Part shown: positions 59,440-64,000 of the stretch, one piece after another
Layout: each line of letters starts with the position of its first letter
How positions within the stretch are numbered: the stretch's first letter is position 1
Origin: Geminicoccus sp.
GTDB lineage: Bacteria > Pseudomonadota > Alphaproteobacteria > UBA7985
DNA: 64,000 nt
Assembly: GCA_002708995.1 (NCBI GenBank)
Contig: PAPT01000032.1
Coordinates: 100,039 to 164,038, forward strand
Direction of reading: 5' to 3'
The notes under the pieces: model-generated
The model's input: the letters and a program-made list of their open reading frames with translations, nothing else
Database searches by the model: none
What the model was told of the DNA's origin: nothing
Program-made: the position numbers and the translations under genes

Positions 59440-59696
59440 CACCATGACCTTTCATGCTGGAAGTGCTCACTTTCTGTATCTGCAGGCCGCGAAGCGGCCC
59501 AGGCTCAAGCGCGCAACCTAAGGCATTTGTTACAGCGCCAGTCGCCGTTCACTGGCGCAGAAAAGCACCCACCCGCGCTGACAAAGTTCCCGAGTGACAC
59601 GCCGGTGACGCTCAGGCGCAAGAACCGAGCTACAGACGTGTTTGGCTGGACGTCACACAATGCGGCGAGAGCCAGAAGAGCCAGAAGGGGCTGAGC

Positions 59697-62126
59697 GTGA
59701 AGCGTCAAACCGAAGCCGTCATCATTGGAGGCGGAGTCATTGGGTGTTCGATCGCCTATCACCTCGCCAAGCTCGGCATGAACGATGTTACGCTGCTGGA
59801 GCGTCAGGAGCTGACCAGCGGGTCATCCTGGCACGCGGCCGGGGGCGTCCATGGGCTTCATGATACCAACAACATCGCCCGGCTGCAGTACTACACCATG
59901 AATCTGTACCGCGAACTGGAGCAGGAAACCGGGCAGTCCGTCGGGTTCCACCAGACCGGATACCTCTACCTCGCCCAGACCGAAGACCGCGCGCACCAGC
60001 TACGGATCAGTGCGGCCAAAGCCCGCCAGTTTTCTGGGGTCGAATTTCACGAGATCAGCCTAGAAGAGGCGGCTCAGCGTCACCCTTTCGTCAATCTTGA
60101 CGGCATACGAATGGCGGTCTGGGAGTCCGAAAGTGGCCACGTCGACGTCAACGGCGTCACCCACGCCTATGCGCAGGCGGCCCGCAACCGCGGCGTCAGC
60201 ATCGAACGGTTCTGCCCTGTGCTGGAGACCAACCCGCGCCCCGATGGCGGCTGGGACGTGGTCACGGAACAGGGGACGATCCAGACCCGGGTGCTGGTCA
60301 ACGCGGCGGGCCTCTGGGGGCGGGAAGTGGCACGGTTGGCAGGCCTCGAGCTGCCGCTGATGCCGCTTGAGCACCAGTACTTCGTCACTGAGGAGATACC
60401 CGAGGTCGCCGCGCTCGACTTTGAACTGCCCGCCGTCGCGGACCGGGACGGTGAGTACTATCTGCGCCAGGAGGGCAAGGGCTTTCTGGTGGGCGCCTAT
60501 GAGCGCGATGGCCGCTACTGGTCTGAGAACGGCACGCCGCTCGACTTTGGTCATGAACTGCTCAACGACGATCTCGACCGGATCGCTGATAACGTCATGC
60601 GGGCCTGTGAGCGGCTTCCAGCGCTCGGGGAAGCAGGCATCAAGCGGGTGATCAACGGTCCCATGATCTGGTCACCGGATGCGGCTGCTCTGCTTGGTCC
60701 TGTGCCAGAATTACGCAACTACTACACCGCCTGCGGCATTATTCCCGGGTTCTCACAGTCCGGGGGCCTGGGGCTGACGCTCGCCCAGTGGATCATCGAC
60801 GGTGAACCCGAGTACGATATGTTCCCTTGGGACATGGCGCGCTATGGCGATTGGGCCGGGAAGGCCTTCACAAAGGCCCGCACGCTGGAGACCTACGGTA
60901 CCCGCTTTTCGATCCATTTCCCCTTCGAGGAGCGCGAAGGCGGGCGCCCCGTCCGCAAGCGCCCGGTCTATGACCTGCAGAAACAACTGGGGGCTGTGTT
61001 CGGGCTTAATTTCGGCTGGGAGCATCCGCTCTGGTACGCCCCGGAAGGCGTGGCGGCCGAGGACAGCTATGGCTTCGAGCGTCAGGACTGGTGGCACCAC
61101 GTCGGCGCTGAATGCCGCACGCTTCGGTCCGGGGTTGGGATCATCGATGTCTCTAACTTTGCCAAGTATGAGATCAAGGGGAGCGGCGCAGCACGCTGGT
61201 TGAACCAGGTGGTGGCAAACCGGGTGCCGACAGAGGTTGGGCGCTCGTGTCTGACGCCTTTGCTGTCTGTCAGGGGCGGGATCGCCGGCGACTTCACCAT
61301 TACCATGCTCGATGAGGAGCACTTTCTGATGATCGGCTCCGGGATGGCCGAACGCTACCACCGCCGCTATTTCAACGCGGTGCCGCGGCCGGAAAGCGTC
61401 AGCTTTCAAAGCATGACCAGCGGCTGGGCGGGCTTCAACGTCGCCGGGCCCTCAGCGCGGGAACTGCTGGGGCGGCTGACCAACGACGACATCAGCAACG
61501 AGGCCTTCCGCTTCATGCGCTCGCGTCAGATGACCGTAGCGGGGCTGGCAGCCAAGGTGCTGCGTGTGAGCTTTACCGGAGATCTGGGCTACGAGATTTA
61601 TGTCTCGGAAGCCGACCAGCAAGCCCTCTGTCAGGCCCTGTTGCACGCCGGCGAAGAACTGTCGGTGCGGCCGGTCGGGTCCCGGGCGCTGATGAGCTTG
61701 CGTCTGGAGAAGGGTTACGGTTCATGGGGGCGGGAATACTCGCCGGAGTACTGGCCGCAGGAGGTCGGGCTCGACCGGCTGATCAAGCTCGATAAGGATG
61801 AGGATTTTCTTGGCAAGCAGGCCTACATGGACCTGATGGACCGGCCACCCCGGGAGCAGCTGGTGGTCATGCGGGTCGACACCCCGAACAACGCTGATCC
61901 TGTCGGCGGTGAGCCGATCTTCTCTACCGCGGGCAACTATATCGGTAGGGTAAGCTCCGGGGGTTACTCCTATACCATCGAGCAGGGCCTCGCGCTGGGT
62001 TTCCTAAAGCCGGAGTACTGCGAACCGGGGACGGCCGTGGACGTGGCGGCGCTGGGCATGCCGCATGCAGGTACGGTTCTGGGCGAAGCGCCCTTTGATC
62101 CCTCTGGCGTGCGTCTGCGCTGCTAG
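59697..62126 (+). CDS. GcvT-family FAD-dependent oxidoreductase (dimethylglycine dehydrogenase-like)
   Basis: IIGGGVIG, LTSGSSWHAAG, VNAAGLW, GWEHP.WY, RVSFTGDLGYE, SLRLEKGY. Confidence 0.92.
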   Translation: MKRQTEAVIIGGGVIGCSIAYHLAKLGMNDVTLLERQELTSGSSWHAAGGVHGLHDTNNIARLQYYTMNLYRELEQETGQSVGFHQTGYLYLAQTEDRAHQLRISAAKARQFSGVEFHEISLEEAAQRHPFVNLDGIRMAVWESESGHVDVNGVTHAYAQAARNRGVSIERFCPVLETNPRPDGGWDVVTEQGTIQTRVLVNAAGLWGREVARLAGLELPLMPLEHQYFVTEEIPEVAALDFELPAVADRDGEYYLRQEGKGFLVGAYERDGRYWSENGTPLDFGHELLNDDLDRIADNVMRACERLPALGEAGIKRVINGPMIWSPDAAALLGPVPELRNYYTACGIIPGFSQSGGLGLTLAQWIIDGEPEYDMFPWDMARYGDWAGKAFTKARTLETYGTRFSIHFPFEEREGGRPVRKRPVYDLQKQLGAVFGLNFGWEHPLWYAPEGVAAEDSYGFERQDWWHHVGAECRTLRSGVGIIDVSNFAKYEIKGSGAARWLNQVVANRVPTEVGRSCLTPLLSVRGGIAGDFTITMLDEEHFLMIGSGMAERYHRRYFNAVPRPESVSFQSMTSGWAGFNVAGPSARELLGRLTNDDISNEAFRFMRSRQMTVAGLAAKVLRVSFTGDLGYEIYVSEADQQALCQALLHAGEELSVRPVGSRALMSLRLEKGYGSWGREYSPEYWPQEVGLDRLIKLDKDEDFLGKQAYMDLMDRPPREQLVVMRVDTPNNADPVGGEPIFSTAGNYIGRVSSGGYSYTIEQGLALGFLKPEYCEPGTAVDVAALGMPHAGTVLGEAPFDPSGVRLRC

Positions 62127-62150
62127 CGTGATGATCGTCACCAGCGGGCT

Positions 62151-62226
62151 TCCGCCGCCGATGTAGATTTGCGCAACGCTTGGCTCCGCCGCCGATGTAG
62201 ATTTGCGCAACGCTTGGCTCCGCCGC
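62151..62226 (+). repeat. Perfect 34-bp tandem duplication
   Basis: TCCGCCGCCGATGTAGATTTGCGCAACGCTTGGC at 62151 and 62185, plus an 8-bp partial third copy. Confidence 0.95.
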
Positions 62227-62257
62227 GCGAAGCGCGGTTGGGGACAAGTCGGCGCAA
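62203..62257 (+). repeat. REP-like hairpin element B, copy 1
   Basis: 55-bp imperfect palindrome with a CGCGAAGCG core, preceded by GTAG; 49/55 identical to 62581-62635. Confidence 0.85.
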
Positions 62258-62362
62258 TTTCCTTTGGTTTACATTTAACACGCACCGCTTTGAGCGTTGT
62301 TTCTTTGAAGATCTCCAACACGCTCAAAGACGAAGCCGTTTTGAGCGTAAATTGAAATGATT

Positions 62363-62411
62363 GCGGGCTCGATTTGACGCCACTTCGCGGCTTTCAAATC
62401 TCCCCCGCGCA
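62363..62411 (-). repeat. REP-like palindromic element A, right copy (inverted)
   Basis: Reverse complement of 59391-59439 with 3 mismatches. Confidence 0.85.
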
Positions 62412-62580
62412 ACTAAACAGACAGGCTACGCTCCAAGCGGCCAAGGCCCGAGCGCGCCACCTGTCCGTTGATACCTAAAGCGCGGAATTCATCCTGAGCC
62501 CGTCTAAGGACTTAGCCTGTGGTGCCAGCGAAGAACGCCAACGCGCTCACGGCGAAGCTTTTTGAGCACACGGTAGGAAC

Positions 62581-62635
62581 TTGCGTGACGCTTGGCCCCG
62601 CCGCGCGGCGCGCGGTCGGGGACAAGTCGGCGCAA
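62581..62635 (+). repeat. REP-like hairpin element B, copy 2
   Basis: TTGCGTGACGCTTGGCCCCGCCGCGCGGCGCGCGGTCGGGGACAAGTCGGCGCAA, with GTAG at 62573. Confidence 0.85.
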
Positions 62636-62827
62636 AACACCCCGGTTGATCCACCGTTTCCCAGGCCATCGCCGAGCCTTTCTCGCAAACCAGCGCCACC
62701 CCAGCCCAGCGGTGGCTGCATGAGCTCCGCCTTGGTCGGCGGGCCATTCGCCCTATCTCTTTATCGCGGCGGCGTGCCATTGCATCCCCCGCCCTATGTA
62801 CATTGTCAGTTATGAGGAAACGCACCC

Positions 62828-63331
62828 ATGAAAAAGCTGTTTGCTTCCGCCGCTGTTGCCCTTGCCGCTCTGGCCTTTGGCGCCGCACCTGTTGCTGTTG
62901 CCGAAGACGCGCAGCCCAATATCTACCAGACCGCTCAAGCAGCCGGCAGCTTCAACGTTCTGCTCGCCGCTGTGGACGCAGCTGGCTTCGATTCCATCCT
63001 GCAGGGTGAAGGCCCGCTGACGGTATTCGCGCCAGTCGATGAAGTCTTCGCTAACCTGCCAGAAGGCACAGTCGAGGCCCTGCTAGCCGAAGAAGGCATG
63101 GTGACGCTGAAGGCGATCCTCGGCTACCACGTCGTACCGGGCAAGATCATGGCGGCCGACCTCGTGGGCCAGACCATGGAGCTGCAGACCGCTGCGGGCA
63201 TCCCGCTGTCGGTCGATGGCACGGGTGAAGCGGTCATCCTTGGCGGCGCGGCACCTGTCGTCAGCGCTGACATCGAGACCGCCAACGGCGTTATCCACGT
63301 CATCGCCGGGATTCTGCTGCCGGGCCAGTAA
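62828..63331 (+). CDS. Fasciclin (FAS1) domain protein
   Basis: Signal peptide, GPLTVFAP.DE.F..LP.GTVE.LL, IL.YHVVPG, ADI...NGVIHVI. Confidence 0.93.
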   Translation: MKKLFASAAVALAALAFGAAPVAVAEDAQPNIYQTAQAAGSFNVLLAAVDAAGFDSILQGEGPLTVFAPVDEVFANLPEGTVEALLAEEGMVTLKAILGYHVVPGKIMAADLVGQTMELQTAAGIPLSVDGTGEAVILGGAAPVVSADIETANGVIHVIAGILLPGQ

Positions 63332-63390
63332 GCCCAGACCATCCCGCTTGCCGGTTCTCTGGCGAGCGCCTTACCGGCCCGCTCCGTCGT

Positions 63391-63959
63391 TCAGTTGACG
63401 GGGCGGCGTAGGGCCCGCTCGACGAGCCGGCCCATCAGGTCGATGCGAACCCCGATATCGATGTCGCCGCGCGCCATGATGTCGGCGAGAAAAGACCCAG
63501 TCTTGCGGCGCAACGCCGTCAGCCAGTCCGGGTCCTCGCAAGGCCACTCGGCGAAGCCGAACCACCGCTCACTGCCGTAGTCAAATAGATCCCGTGCGCC
63601 CCCGGACCCGAGCGCCCGGTGACGGTCAACACGGCCTCGTTCTCCTTGAGCTGATAGCCCGTGGGAGAGCTGAAGTAGCTGTAGCCGCCGAACACCTGCT
63701 CGCCGTAGGGGCTCACCACCCCATCCAGCGCCAGCATCACGTCGACGATCATCAGCTGCCCCAGGGCGTCGAACTGCAGGTTCACCTCATGCCCGGCATC
63801 GCGGAAGGTTATTACCGTCTCCTGCAGCCCGTAGGCGCCGCTCGCGCTGTAATAGCCCGGGGAAGGCCGCTCATCTGAGATCTGCGCCCGTGCCGGGCTC
63901 ACCATGGCGCCAAGGAGCAGCGCTATCCCTAGGATAAGCCACCGGCCCGGCACCGCCAT
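63391..63959 (-). pseudogene. Secreted hypothetical protein, apparently frameshifted near 63600
   Basis: Signal peptide (WLILGIALLLGAMVSPARAQ) in one frame. Coding-like sequence continues in another frame (DLFDYGSERWFGFAEWPCEDPDWL...RRPVN*) after a G5 run. Start uncertain. Confidence 0.5.
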
Positions 63960-64000
63960 CGGCCAGGGGGCCAGACCACCCGCCACCACCGGAAACCACA

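Noticed and set aside
59530..59640. Possible glycine riboswitch before the GcvT-family gene (CGCTCAGGCGCAAGAACCG)
   Set aside because: Only the 3' motif is similar; the GGAGA and CCGAAG elements are missing. A cmscan with the Rfam glycine model would settle it.
62151..62635. CRISPR array or integron attC interpretation of the repeats
   Set aside because: No regular repeat-spacer period, no cas or intI genes, and no RYYYAAC/GTTRRRY boundaries.

Overview
High-GC chromosomal segment of an alphaproteobacterium. This placement rests on a Shemin-pathway hemA, GapR/DUF2312, DUF1244, DUF1178, DUF3035 and a ZitP-like gene next to ftsE; it is probably a marine Rhodospirillales-like lineage, but taxonomy cannot be fixed from this window. 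Most of the window is core genome: ftsEX-plsC, zapE, argJ-GNAT/mutT, a plcP/agt-like lipid-remodelling pair, aceA with a divergent RamB/ScfR regulator, ispG-ribF-ileS-lspA, an M16 peptidase pair, hemA, folD, msrP, betB, rpmA, dusA, a MATE pump, tRNA-Val(GAC), a purine deaminase, a Liv-type ABC transporter and a GcvT-family dehydrogenase. I found no integrase, transposase, prophage or CRISPR array. The most unusual items are: (1) a membrane-anchored barnase homologue with the catalytic Glu73 position changed to Val and no barstar nearby; (2) a stand-alone bL27 gene with its own promoter and a ~140-aa Ala/Lys-linker plus helix-hairpin-helix extension; (3) an unannotated multi-hairpin sRNA with an anti-Shine-Dalgarno tract (SuhB/MmgR-like); (4) 49-bp palindromic repeats in inverted orientation bracketing the GcvT-family gene, beside a dense cluster of nested REP-like repeats; (5) two large tandem paralogous secreted beta-rich proteins between plsC and zapE; (6) an atypical serralysin-like protease; (7) an FG-GAP gene remnant and an apparently frameshifted gene at the right end. 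All family assignments come from motif recognition by eye, not database searches.
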